A stretch of DNA of 63,507 nucleotides, counting the filler, from Sphacelaria rigidula (lineage: Eukaryota): NCBI GenBank assembly GCA_964200075.2. It is 11 parts of 11 records of this genome, joined end to end, with 100 filler letters (N's around TTAATTAATTAA, not from the genome) between each part and the next. Parts side by side here need not be neighbours in the genome. Positions count along the whole stretch, not along the records: positions 46,262 to 51,943 come from CAXNAA020025291.1; positions 52,044 to 57,725 come from CAXNAA020025292.1; positions 57,826 to 63,507 come from CAXNAA020025293.1; 8 more parts are not named here. One strand, given 5' to 3'. Shown here in pieces: positions 50,280-62,876 of this stretch. The notes below the pieces were generated by a model. The model had not been told where the DNA came from, did no database searches, and saw nothing but the letters and a program-made list of their open reading frames with translations. Position 1 is the stretch's first letter, and each line of letters begins with the position of its first letter. Made by a program: the position numbers and the translations under genes.

Positions 50280-50933
50280 GTGAGCACATGGTATGCACCT
50301 CAGCACCAGCATACTTATTATCGTCATCATCGCCATCATTATCGCTATCCTCATATCAGCGCAGGGTAACGCCTAGTTCACAATCCCGAAGCACGCCTCA
50401 CAAAGTGTGCTACACTTATACGCACATGTTGGATAGTTTTCATCATTGCCTGTACAGCATCATTTGTGCAGTGTATTCCGCCGCGCCCCGGCGGTGTAAC
50501 TCACTGGTACAACTGAAACCAATTGGGGCAGAATAGTACGTGTTCGAATCCTGGCAGATGTATTGGGGTTTTCCCCCCTGACGTGTATCTGATTTCTACG
50601 GTTGAAAACGTGACGGTTTGGGTGAAGTTTGTTTTCGACGAGAGTCGACGCGGTGCGAGAGTGCTGATGGTCATGATCCAATCCACAGTGACAAAATGCA
50701 AGGCGTGAACTGTGGAGAATATGGGTTAGCCCCTGGAGATCACGAGCTTCTGGAAGAGGCGTTGAAGCTAGGACGGGCGACAATATTCCTGTGGGGCGAC
50801 CGTGGACGTTGTGGCCCTCACCCATGCACGTACCAGATATGGAAATACCTGTGCTTTAGAACTACAGACCCTCCCCGACCCTCAATTTTTCATGATTCTG
50901 ATATCCCTCTTTTCTCCGTGCTTTTCTCTTCAG

Positions 50934-51149
50934 CTGGCTATGATGGAAGCTGAAAAGGCTCGAAATCCGATGGAAGGGCTGGAGCCTGTGTCCTACCCGT
51001 CCAAGGAACAACTCCTTTCCGGCCAAGCACAAGAGCCGGAGCAGAGAATGGGAGACTACGTCATCAATAAGAGCGAGGTGGAAACAGGCAGGGAGTTCGC
51101 TCTCATCAAGGACCTCGGGGTGGAAGGGGGACTGCCGCCTAACAGCGAG
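50934..51149 (+). CDS. Exon: N-terminal extension leading into the anticodon-binding domain of a eukaryotic-type aspartyl-tRNA synthetase
   Basis: Strong polypyrimidine/cag acceptor, gtgcgt donor, 216 nt, phase 0/0. RMGDYVINKSEVETGREFALIKDL...SE resembles the YG-x-x-x-x-IQS...R....V.DL....V segment preceding the OB fold of cytosolic AspRS. Confidence 0.65.
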
Positions 51150-51664
51150 GTGCGTACCGCTGCTTTCTCTACGCGCTTTCGATGCATGCGGTGTATCCTT
51201 ACATGTAGCTGATCGCTAGCTCTGAACAACGGCAGTGTGAACGTACAGAGCCAGGATCAAAATTCCGGGCTTACGGTGGCTCTTTGTGATTGGTTGTCAG
51301 TCTTGGTCTCAGCAAGGTGTCCGCAGTTCTTGCCGAAGCTTTGGGCCGTTGACCCTGAAGTGTTGGTCACCGTAGGCTGTTCAAGTGCACGCTGTGCTTC
51401 TGTGTGGTTCATAGCCTTGGGCCTCAGGAGAGTGAACTATAAGTGTATGCTATTGCTCGTTGCTGACCCTTGTCTAGAACGTCAGCGCAGGGTGCGTGTG
51501 TGTGTCCTGTGCGGGGTAGGCCATCGGTATTGCTGCGTTGGGAAGGATGATGATCGTTGGGTACGTGTGGGCGGGAGTGTTCTAACAGGTGGTTAGTTCC
51601 GATGCTTCGATTGGTGTGCCTACAAATAGCGCGTAGCACCGAAATAAGCGTGGCATTTAATGTC

Positions 51665-51820
51665 GAATCATTCAGACAACGGAGTTCAAAAATGCGAATC
51701 ATTAAGACAACGAAGTTCAAAAATGCGAATCATTAAGACAACGAAGTTCAAAAATGCGAATCATTAAGACAACGGAGTTCAAAAATGCGAATCATTAAGA
51801 CAACGAAGTTCAAAAATGCG
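51665..51820. repeat. 31-bp tandem repeat x5
   Basis: gaatcattaagacaacg(a/g)agttcaaaaatgc at 51665, 51696, 51727, 51758, 51789. Confidence 0.95.
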
Positions 51821-52113
51821 AGTCGAGCGTGAGTGACACTTCCTACGATAGCCCCATCACGAGTACGAGCTGGGCCGGCCATCAGTGACTTTTAAACGAA
51901 GAATGGAGATGCTTTTGGCAATTCGAAGAGTTGGGCGCTGAAANNNNNNNNNNNNNNNNNNNNNNNNNNNNNNNNNNNNNNNNNNNNTTAATTAATTAAN
52001 NNNNNNNNNNNNNNNNNNNNNNNNNNNNNNNNNNNNNNNNNNNTCATTCACTGATTGACCGCTTTTTACTCTCAATCGTATCATCTACTCTCAATCTCAC
52101 GAAAACACTGTTC

Positions 52114-53716
52114 ATGGTAGAAACAACGATCGTCGTCGACAAAACACCCGCCACAACAACAGCCGCAGCAGCAGCAACAACTACAACTCTGGCTCCAATG
52201 CGACCAATATCACCAATCAACAGAACCAGGCAAATACTGTCATCGCGAACCCTACGACAAGCGACACGTCGACTACTGTACCCTACAATCACCAGGCTAA
52301 AAAAATCAGCGGTACATCAGCTTCGACGGTGATTGATGCGTGTCCGTCACCAGGTGGTTTGGGTTTTTCGTTTTTTGCCGGTCCTGATCGCAAGGATAAC
52401 ATTAGGGAGCCTGAGTCTACATAATTTAAGATGGCGTGTGATTCAGGAGCAACATTTCACTACCTGGATAACGAGCTCCTATCAGAACTCGAACACGATA
52501 TGATTAGCTACGTCAAGCTGGATCCCCCAATGCGGATCCTCACTGCAGGAGGTCATCTAGTTTGCGGAACAGGGAAAGGAGTGCTCCTGTCCATCGTGAA
52601 ATATCAGCAGGGAAATGAGCATTCCGTCCGGTTCCCAGCCATCATCGTTCCGGGGTTGGGAAAGCAATTTCTCCTGTTTATGCATTACGAACAAAGGGGG
52701 TCGGAACAACTTTTGGTGTCAATTCTTATGTTGATCTTGGACAATTTAGAGTGCCACTTCGCCCTGATGACAACAGCTTGCTCCACTACATTGACATGAA
52801 GATCATCCGGGATTACAAACCCGTCGACTCAAGAACCGGGTCAGCACTAGCGGCTGAGGTGATGTCAGGAGATCATATGAGCATGGGGACAGCTTTAACT
52901 TCTATGACGATCGCGGGAGACTCTTCGGTTCTTTCTACTACTGTGACTGCAGGAGTTTGGCATCGGAGATTGGGTCATCCCGCGGAGCCAGCGATGCGTC
53001 GGGTGATGAATATTTCCGAAACAGATGTGAAATTTACGGGGTCACTCAACTTTTGTGACACCTGCATGATAAATAAAAGCACCGAGAAGAATCATCCAAA
53101 AACCTCCGACTCTACGTTAGTAACAGAACGTCAGCAACTGGTAACTACCGACCTCTCGGGTCCCATCACACCAACTGCATTAGGCGGTTTCAAGTACATG
53201 ACGAAATTTATCGACCAATACAGTCGACTAAAAGTTGTATACTTCATCAAAGCAAAAAGTGAGGCGCTCTCTACACTCATCAAGTACATCCAAGACGTGG
53301 CGATTCCCTGAGGACTTAGGGTACACCGCCTACGGTCAGATCGAGTGGGTGAGTACATTGCAGACTACTTTCGTCGGTATTGCAAGACGGCAGGCATTCT
53401 TCAGGAGTTCACTGCACCACATTCACCTCAGCAAAACGGCATGAGAGAGAGGGACGGGATAACAATTTTGAATATTACTCGTTGCCTTCTGCACGAGGCG
53501 GGATTACCCAAATTTCTTTGGGGGGAAATAGCTGCCACTTCAGTATTCTTAATGAATCGTCTACCACATCAGAGCATCAACGGGGAAACACCGTACTACA
53601 GGATTTTGATAAAGAGGCGAATCTAACATTCCTATGCATCATAGGATCACGAGCGTTCGTGCACAAGGAGGGGCACATTAACAAGCTGGAGGATAAAGCT
53701 TGGGAAGGAGTACTGA
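52114..53716 (+). pseudogene. pol: Ty1/Copia gag tail, protease, GAG-pre-integrase and integrase, with frameshifts and stops
   Basis: CDSGATFH (protease); WHRRLGH...CDTC (pre-integrase); TDLSGP, FIDQYSR, RSDRVGEY, SPQQNGMRER, LPKFLWGE, MNRLP (integrase). Confidence 0.93.
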
Positions 53717-56361
53717 GGTAATGGTAAATGAGTGTCTGAATTCAAACTGGTTTCTTGTGGATATGCAGATGGTCCCTAGAAACGACCAGCGGGTATGGAA
53801 GGATTCTAGTCGAATGTGTGTTTTTATAAGGCAGGATTCGATCCTTGTGTTGTTGCCGCAGCGGGTTGAAGGCAAAAGGATTGTACCCGATTAGCCGCGT
53901 GTACCTGCTGCTACTACAGCTTTGAATGGCTTGAGGTACAGTGCGTCATGCTGATGTGTATATGACAAGATTATATGCGTAGCTGTGAGCCTTGAGGGTA
54001 ATCGTGAGTACCATCGCCCACGCAGCCACTTGCGATCCACCTGTCAGAGAAAGGCCTACCGTAGAACTAATCACAAGAAGGACCATCAGCTTTTCATCTG
54101 TTCTGCGCGACGTCTCCCCTTCTGCTGGCAAGCTGTGACGAGCTATAACACGAGTAAGTCACAAGTAATATAACCCCTTGATATCACAGTGGTGTTTCCT
54201 TTTTAGGAACAGCTCAGTGCTTACTTTCTACCGCAGCTGTCGGCTGTTAACGACTGCCTTGTGGGAGAGTAACATACAGTTTGAGTGTAACAAGTCAATC
54301 CAGGACGGCGACAGACACCTCACAAGGGTGTGGCTTGCTTGCGTTCGGGGTATACGGCACTACTGCTTGCGGTAATTGCTTATACCGTTACATTCATGGG
54401 GCTTCAGAGGTAGCTTGTGACCTCAAATTGTACTGTTTTTCTCTCCGTGGGCTGCTGCTGTACGCGTCCCAGTCCACCACAACCCTTCGTTGGTTTGATT
54501 TTCACTTGATATTTGTATACACGATTCAGCGGTGTAATACACCAAGGTGAAAAGACAGCTTCTTGGATAGCTGTTGTTTATTTTACTCGAAGTTGAACAT
54601 ACATTCCAACACGAGTTCGCTGCAGGTCTGCGATGTGTCATACAGTCCCCGCGTTGGTTTCAGGCAACGGTGACCGAACCATGAGGCGCTTCAGGTATGA
54701 GCGCACACGCAAGCCCTCTTTTGCTGCACAAGCATATTCCCCTCAACCTGCAGGTCATATCTACGGTACAAGCAAACCCACTGCGGCGGATACGCTCTCC
54801 CTGGTAACGTTATACACCGCACAGAGAACGCATAGCGTTTTCATGCACACTCGACCTGAAGTGCCGAGTCCTTTTTCACCCACGGGCGCGTTCTCGGATA
54901 ATAAAGCCGCTCACACGCTCCTTGTTTAGATACGCCCCTCAAGGGTCCGTAGCTTTTTCACCGCCCTCCCGATCACCTGCCACCGCAAGCGCCGCTGTTC
55001 ACAGTCCGTCGATTCTGTATCAACCGAATCGACCGACATGTGTCCAAATACACGCCGATTCATGCTTGCAGGTAGAGAGTTCGCGGGCTATTTCAATCGC
55101 TGCCCGTGGTACATACGACTTTTCTTGCCCAAACACGGAACGTTGAGCCACCATGTGCACCGAATTATATCGATGCAGCATGATGGACCAGGATAAGAAT
55201 GTTGTCTGTACACGAGCAGGATTAAACACGGCGATGCGCGAGGCTCACATGTTACTTGTACACAAGCGCTCGACTCTGTATTTCAGTTACTTTTGCACGG
55301 CACTAGTGTATACTACAGTTTGATTGCCGCCCCACCAAAACGCACTACAGTTCATACTTGGTCGTCCAGAAGGCCACTCACCTTTCCCGTTAAAATCTTG
55401 TTCCGAATTGAAGTACTGACGACAGTACAGCACCGTTTCAATTACAAATGGTCCCAGCGGGGAATATCTTGCGGACGGTGAGGTGCCGTACTGTAGCATG
55501 CGTTGGTACTGCTACACTATCTGAACGAAGTCATCTATATTGCATTGTGAAATGAACACGACGCGGGCATAACGTTGTGTCGGATTTTTTTTCATGTGAT
55601 GCGAACAAATTGACCCTCGCTACCCCACGCGAAGGATCATATGTACTGTACTGTGCCACATAGTATTTTTCTGTCCGGTGCTTTGTACGCTGCAGTTGTA
55701 CTGCACTACATAATTGTATTCCGGTTGCGCTTGTACATTTGTTGACTGATTACCTGCACGAGGATATGTGACCGATCCCCCGGCTCGGCTATTTTCAGCG
55801 AACTACGCGGTACTGTGTAAGTAACGCCAGTCGCGCTGATTTTGCCTCTGGACATACGACATCCGATAGTTTGTTTGTTTTTTCTCTCAAACCTCAACAT
55901 GTTCTCAAGACAGAACTGAGCGGTTGACGTTGCGGTTCGCTGCGTCCCACACGTACATCCCTCCATGGCATGCAGGTCTGTTAATGCGCTGTTACGCTGT
56001 TGACAGACACTGTGTGTCTGTTGCTTGTGACAACCTTCGTGTTCTTGTCTCTTGCTGTTACAATTTATTCCAACACACACACACACACCTACGGTTTGTT
56101 GTGTGCCTTCGACACATTTGTTTTTCTTTCTCTCTTGTCTGCACCCGATTGACAAGGTGGCAGACCTCATGCATGTGCAGAGTGCGCGGAACTACATGTC
56201 GATCGACTATCGACAGTGCCCTTCAACTCTGTTCCTTTGTTTTTTGTTCACGCCGCCTCAGTCCTCAACAACGATGCTCCATTCCACGTCGAAACGTTCA
56301 CTTTTCAACCTCTGCATCTCTACGTTACCGGTTTGGCGCAAATTGCGCAGGTGTACAAGCA

Positions 56362-57268
56362 ATGTCTGATATCAACCGCCCTTCGACTCCATCGGAGCAC
56401 GATGTCACCAAAAACGGTGCGATCCCTACAGACACTGGTGAACAACCATACAAGTCAACCCAAACCATGCGTAGTGAGACGGTTGAAAACAACGAACCGG
56501 GCTGTTTCGACGATGATAGCGTTCTTGCAGCACGTATTTTCAGAGATGTGGCTGAAGATTTCGATGAGGACCGTAGTTCTCCCCATGCTTACCCCCCCCT
56601 CCCTCAGTGAACATACCACTACACACCAAGCAGCCACCCAGAACGCTGACGCTGTTCCCACTTTTCGTTCTCAGATGGCATCTCTTCACGTCAGCCCTGA
56701 TGCTACGAAAACCTTTCCTGGCGATAACCTCCGCACCCAAACTGGTGCTGAATACTCTGATCGCCCCACTCTGGCTTTTGATCCGTCGCCCACATTGGAA
56801 CAATACCTCCCGACGAATGACGAAACACACGACCGGCTTCGGCAAAAGCGTCCGGTCTTCATTCCACCGCGCCATTGGTACAACTTCTCAGAGGCTGAAC
56901 AAACAGCGTGCTGGGATCAGATCCGCAGCAACGATCTAGCACACCACATGGAACTCGAGCGCAGAGAGTTGGAATTTGCCCGCCTACAGGTATCTACAAT
57001 GGTCCAGGAGTCCGCTCAGGCCCCCCATAATTTAGATGTCCACCCCGAAAAAAAGCCAACAGAACAGAACGAACTAGGACACGCGATACGCACATCCATA
57101 AAGGCTCTGGAAATTGCGGAGCAAGGATATAAAGTGTTGACAAGAAGACACTTGGAAGCTTCGCATCATTTTGGACTATGTTGGCAAGTCTGGCAATCAC
57201 AACTGCGTTCGTACGGTCGCCTGCTCCGCCCCCAAGGCGACAAATGTTTCACCGCCAGACCCACCTGA
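56362..57268 (+). pseudogene. Intronless ORF of unknown function (possibly retroelement ORF1/gag-like), split by a frame change at a C-run near 56592-56603
   Basis: MSDINRPSTPSEHD...SPHAYPP in one frame continues as PSLSEHTTT...HHMELERRELEFARLQ in another; no recognisable domain. Confidence 0.4.
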
Positions 57269-58006
57269 CCTGGCACACTTTCAACCACATGCACCGGCCC
57301 ACTAACAAAACGGTAGACGTTTACACATGAGTGGACCTAGTGCCGCGGCTGAACCCCACCAGGGCGGTACACACACAGCACCGATGCTCACCTCATAACT
57401 TGACAACCTTCTGGGAACGTTCTACAAGTTGCGGAGATTCCAAATAGCATACAGTGGGGGTAATCCAGGACGCGTTGCTTAGCCCAAAACCTAAGCCCCG
57501 TCACCTGCCTATTTATTTTTCTACTTCTGTATTTTATTTCTCATTAGTTGGTACAATCCCACAATTAGAAATGAACAATGAGCGGTAATACACCGCAGAA
57601 GTACCCAACAATTTTATGTCAACAATTTTCTTTCGCTCGGCCAGGCCATATACTCCTCCGTTCCCCGTCCTCCGACGAAGGCCATGACCGGTCTTGTCGG
57701 TACGGCGTGGGGAGGGTCTTTTCGGNNNNNNNNNNNNNNNNNNNNNNNNNNNNNNNNNNNNNNNNNNNNTTAATTAATTAANNNNNNNNNNNNNNNNNNN
57801 NNNNNNNNNNNNNNNNNNNNNNNNNGGTTCCCAAAAACCTCGCTTGACCCCTCAAAAAAAGGGAAGAAAAAAAAAGGGGCTCCAGTAGGAAAAAAAAAAA
57901 ACGATTGTCATCGCCGCCGCCCAGGTTTTACCGTACTACAGACTCGGATATTCATGCAGGCGCTCAACATGGTTCAAAAACGGGCACAACGAACCTGGCG
58001 CACCAC

Positions 58007-58189
58007 CTGCGGTGGAAGCAGAGCCGTTCCCAGAACCAGTCCACGGAACGATCTCCGACCCGCTACCGCTGCCGACGCCGTGCCCCGGCACGGATTGCAT
58101 CTGATTCCACGGATCACGGGGTCCACCGCCCCGCTCAGATGAAGTGGAAGGAGGATGCCGACCAGGTGCCATTTCGTCCGGATATCCAG
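58007..58189 (-). CDS. Probable downstream exon of the PDZ-like gene
   Basis: aattcag acceptor, gtggtg donor, GC-rich open frames; phase and linkage unresolved. Confidence 0.35.
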
Positions 58190-59409
58190 CTGAATTTGTG
58201 ATGCACATTCCGTCGAGAAATTCATTTTTAATTATTATTTTATTGCAAACAAGGAGAATGAGGGGAAAATGAGACGTTTCCCAGCAGCAGAACGGGGGTG
58301 TGGATGCTGCTGCTGCTTCGGGACGCAAATTTTTTCCTCATATCCGCGCAACATCACCTTAAAATGCACATTCAGAGAAATCCATTCAATAGAGAAAAAT
58401 CGTCGAACCAGAATGGAAGAAAAAAAATGTTTCATCACGCCAGCATATGGATTTTTCGCTCCAAAGAACTTTCGTTCCAACATGCATCACTACATGCATG
58501 CGCCCAACAAGCACGCTTTGGTTTCTAAAAACGCACTGTTTTGTGTCACCATCCACCTTGATTTACCGGTGATTCCACGAAACTTCTCTGGACAGGTCAC
58601 ACAAACGCAGATGCTGCCAACATCCATCGGAAATCGCCCGTCACCCGGATACCGCAAGTGGTCCTCCAAGCGTTGCACGAAGTACAATGCACACCATTTT
58701 CACTACCACCCCCCCCTCCACAACAAAAATCAACCCACTCCAAGCCACGTCGGCAACACGGCCATGGATCAAGACTCTGACAATTATCAAGTAAATATTG
58801 AACAAGAAAAACATCAAAAAGAGCTTGAGTGAAGATGGAGAAAAAAAAAAAAGTCAACGTCCAACCCGATTTCATTACTTTGGTTGTGACAATTACAAGG
58901 CAAAATAGCTTGAAAGCCACCCCACACCCCACTACCCGAACAGAGTACTACAACATTTTGGTGAATACGTACCACTGCCCGCGCCGCTGCTCCACCCGGC
59001 ACTCAAGGCGGGGTGACCCTGTTGGCATAGACAAGGACGTACGTACAGTACGCAGAAAAAACAAAACGACAATAATGATTGAGTCGTGCCTGTATATGAG
59101 GCCAATTGTGAACAACATCTGTCTCCAAACCTCCACTGCCTTGTGAGGGAGGAAGCCTTTGGAGCGATCCTGTGACCTTGCTCGAAATTCAAAAAGGATG
59201 GTAGGCCGCAGAGGCGTTTTAATTAATCGCCATAATCATAACGACGACAGCAACGTAACAAAAAACGCACGACGACTACACAACGAACGGATAGGTAGAT
59301 TTCTTGAGACGACGCGCTCGTCCAGACGAGGTGAAAAGGCTCAAGAAAAAAAAAAGTATAAAAAATTAGTGACAAAGAAGAAACAAAACGTTGATTTCAC
59401 GCAGGTCAC

Positions 59410-59502
59410 CTGAAGCGAGTACTCTCGATAAAGACGGTAGCTCCAGATTGCCTCCCTGCCCCTCACGTCATTTTCCGTTCGCATCCACTCGCGCTGTTCG
59501 GG
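59410..59502 (-). CDS. Exon of the PDZ-like gene (PEQREWMRTENDVRGREAIWSYRLYREYSLQ)
   Basis: tatatag/gtgacc, 93 nt, phase 0/0. Confidence 0.6.
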
Positions 59503-59767
59503 CTATATACACATGTCATGCATCATTTATTCATCGGTTCATCAACAAAAAATAGCACCGGAGGAAGGAGGGAAATGCGCGAGCGCCAACACAGGAGATG
59601 GCGCGGGGGGGGGGGGGGGGGGGGAAAAACCCCGGAAAAGGGGAAAAAAAAAAAATAAAAAACGGGAAAAAAAAAAAAAAAATAAAAAAGGGGAAAAAAA
59701 AAAGAAGAAAANNNNNNNNNNAAAAAGAGGGGGGAGGGGGGGGAGGAGAGGAGAGGGAGGAAAAAAA

Positions 59768-59798
<31 letters not shown>

Positions 59799-60007
59799 GG
59801 GCAAAATCCACGGAAAAGGGTCAAGAAAAAGATTAAGATACTGGAAAAAAGAGAATAGATTAAACAAGGGTAACACTAAATGATGACCAAGTGAATTTCA
59901 AGGAACCAAGACTTGGTCATGCGAGGGTCACAGGATCACAGGATCACAGAGAGAGACACAGACACACGGACACAGGCGCACGCACACACACACAAACAAA
60001 TACGCAC

Positions 60008-60145
60008 CGACGCAGCCTCCAGCATGTGACGCCGTACACCACCCTGCCACCAGGCCAGCGCCTCATGCCACGGATAGCCCCTGGCGCTGCTCTCGCCCGT
60101 TGCGCGCAAGAACGTTATGTCCAGTAAACGTACGCCCTTCACCGC
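60008..60145 (-). CDS. Exon of the PDZ-like gene (AVKGVRLLDITFLRATG...MLEAAS)
   Basis: tttttttcacag/gtgcgt, 138 nt, phase 0/0. Confidence 0.7.
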
Positions 60146-60389
60146 CTGTGAAAAAAATAGAGTAGGAGAAACGACAGAAAAGAGAGGATAATATAACATG
60201 GAATCTGAACACTCATGCCACCTAAAACAAATATTGGAAAATAAACAAAAATTAAACAGAAAAAACAGAAGGCCGAAGAAACACGGAAATACCGAACAAA
60301 AAAAGAGCTGAAAAGAAAAAGGAAAACGATCAGAAAAGGGAAAAGTTTTCAACACTGATTTAAAACAACACGAAAAAGAAATACTTGTA

Positions 60390-60717
60390 CGAGGTGGGAC
60401 AGCATAAAATCCCGCTTTTGCATGTCATACCATAACTTGTCAAGTTTGCCCGATCAGCCCGACTTGAGTATATCAGTGTGACCTGCAGACCAACCTGGTA
60501 ACGCACCGCCGCTGAATCAAGAAAAAATTGACAAGAAATGTACACTCCATAATGTACGATGTTGCCGACGGAGGAAGAAAAAAATATCTTGCATCCTCCG
60601 GAAAGTTGTCTATATTGATGAAAATGTCGTGTCGAAAAAATTCAGCGCCCAATCCCTCGAATTACCTACAGCCGGGTCCGGAAACGTTCAAAAATCACTG
60701 TCAGCTGGCCCAGCTCG
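60390..60717. mobile_element. 328-bp intronic Tc1/mariner-like MITE
   Basis: TA-CGAGGTGGGACAGC...GCTGGCCCAGCTCG-TA (12/14 TIR match). Confidence 0.7.
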
Positions 60718-61032
60718 TACAATAATGAAAGGGTAAAGAAAAGAAAACTATTGAGTAAAAAATAGAGCATCATACAATTCCGTGTAAAGAACAGAATCCC
60801 AATTTTGACCTTCCCATTTACCTCTTCACGCATTACAGTCGAAAACGACGAAAATATTGACGCAACATAATAATAATATGTAGCTACAGTATATCCTACT
60901 CCATATGTAAACCGCTGAAGCCACGACAGTTTCCTCTTCAACTTTGAAGATGATGACTATAACGCCTCGGTCGAGACAATCAGGACAAGTGTGAAAAACG
61001 GCAAGAGCGCCTTGTAGTAGGGTTGGCCGTAC

Positions 61033-61152
61033 CTTGGCTTCCCACTCGAACTTTTCCGCTGCATCGAGCGCAACCCCCGCTCCGTTGATGTGCGTGATCA
61101 GGTCGCCGTCGAGCATGCCCGCGTGTTCCATCGCCCCTCCGGACTTTAAAAA
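61033..61152 (-). CDS. Exon with PDZ-like core (FLKSGGAMEHAGMLDGDLITHINGAGV...)
   Basis: A-x-x-AG-x-x-x-GD-x-I-x-x-ING motif; ttctcaacag/gtacgg; 120 nt, phase 0/0. Confidence 0.75.
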
Positions 61153-62054
61153 CTGTTGAGAACAGAGAGAAGCGAATGGGACGCAGAGGTGATGGAGCAC
61201 AGGGAAAGGGAAGCAAGTCCTTCCTGACTTTGATAACTACAGTAACTCCCCAGATCAAAGGGAGAACCAAATGAGAACCAAACGCGCACTAGAACCGAAC
61301 TCGAGGGAGAGACGCAAACATAAAGGCAAAGAAAGTTGGAAAGTGTAGACACAAGCAGTCTCTCCTTTATTCGACAGCCAGAACCCCTTGAGAACTCGCA
61401 AGGAATTGCGACCCCCTCCCCCCTCCCCCCTCCCCTTGGTTTCAATAGTTGTTCAAAGCTAAATATAAGACGGAGAAAAGTACGGGGGAACCAAAACATG
61501 AACATTTATCTTCGGTAACTTGAGGACGCTCCCTGTGCTGAGCGATACATCTCGTAAACGATTACTTTGAAACGAATAATAACAAAAAAAAAAAAGAAAG
61601 TACTGTATTTCCATCTTTGACGGGGCGAATAGGAAACCTTTGATGATGAATGACATCCAACAACGGATCCCATCAGTTTCATCAGTGTACGCCTCGCAAC
61701 AAAACCTTTCGCCGAGAAAACGCGAAGAGAGGAAGAACACATCGCATCTCATGTACACGCTATGTATGTTTCACATACTGGATGTTGGCAAGAGCATTAC
61801 AATGTCGAGAAGGGTACTGCGTACAGATTGGAATCTAGTTGGTCTAATGCAATGGACGCAATAGTCGATACTGTACGCCGTACATTCCTTTACAACTGCA
61901 ATTTACTCTCTACGGTGCGGTATGCTTCTAGTTCACCCAGAAGCAGCGGAAACGATGAATTGGAGTTGGACCCATCAGATCAAATTTCGACGTTTTTAGC
62001 CTTATTTTGTTCTGTAGGACAAAACTTCATGAGCCTTACGTAGCCCCAGCCCAC

Positions 62055-62216
62055 CTGAGGGGCGCAGACGACGAGCTCTCCCGGACTGCCGAACACCATG
62101 GACACCTGCTCGAACGTTTCCGTCCGGAGACACAACTCGTCCATGACAGCATTGGCTACCATCGCTCGTACCAACAGGGTAGCCCGCATATCAACGAACA
62201 GCAGAGCGAGGTCATC
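62055..62216 (-). CDS. Exon of the PDZ-like gene (DDLALLFVDMRATLL...VVCAPQ)
   Basis: tcgcag/gtgggc, 162 nt, phase 0/0. Confidence 0.7.
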
Positions 62217-62721
62217 CTGCGATTCCAGTTGAACAAAGAAGAGCAATGCGGGGAGGGGAGAGGGGGGAGGGGGGTGTCCTCATTTGTTGCTTGCTTTGGA
62301 CATTTGATCGATGACCACGCGTCCATTTCAAGACGGAGCACCGTTTCTACTCCTAATAGAGACACCTCCAACAGATGGTCCCTCATCTGGTGCCTTGTTG
62401 CGATTTTTCCGTACATGCACCCGGCAATTCTACCCTTGAAAACAAAGACCCTCCCCCGGAGTACGGGGGATAGATACCCTTATTTCTGTACAACCTCCAT
62501 GACGTACCCGATTGGTTCCGTAAACTTCAAGATATCCATACCGGTACCCAACAGGTTTCAGACACGACGGCCCACAATGCTGCAAGAGAGAACGAGAACG
62601 AATGATTCGCCTACGAGACCCGATGATAATAACACCACAGCCACTGTACTGTATCACAACATCTTTCAGCGTTTGAACTTCTAACTCTCCATCTGTTAAG
62701 GGAAACGTCGGATCCTCTCAC

Positions 62722-62876
62722 CAGCGTCTGGAGCGCCACCTTTCGCGTTCCCAAGGGTACCGCCGCCTGAATAACCCGGTAGGAACCCATTTCGCCACTT
62801 CCCAGAACCTCGAGCGGTGTCGGGCCATGTTCCATCGAGCCATGGTCTACGACAACGCCTCCGTGGGCCACCCCTG
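62722..62876 (-). CDS. Exon of the PDZ-like gene (GVAHGGVVVDHG...KVALQTL)
   Basis: cattcag(cag) acceptor, gtgaga donor, phase-0 end. Confidence 0.6.

Noticed and set aside
51665..51820. CRISPR-like 31-bp repeats
   Set aside because: Head-to-tail copies with no spacers.
17350..53716. Copia gag (contig 4) and Copia pol (contig 10) as one element
   Set aside because: Different contigs; the N-rich gag tails do not overlap in sequence and a MITE fragment precedes the pol piece.
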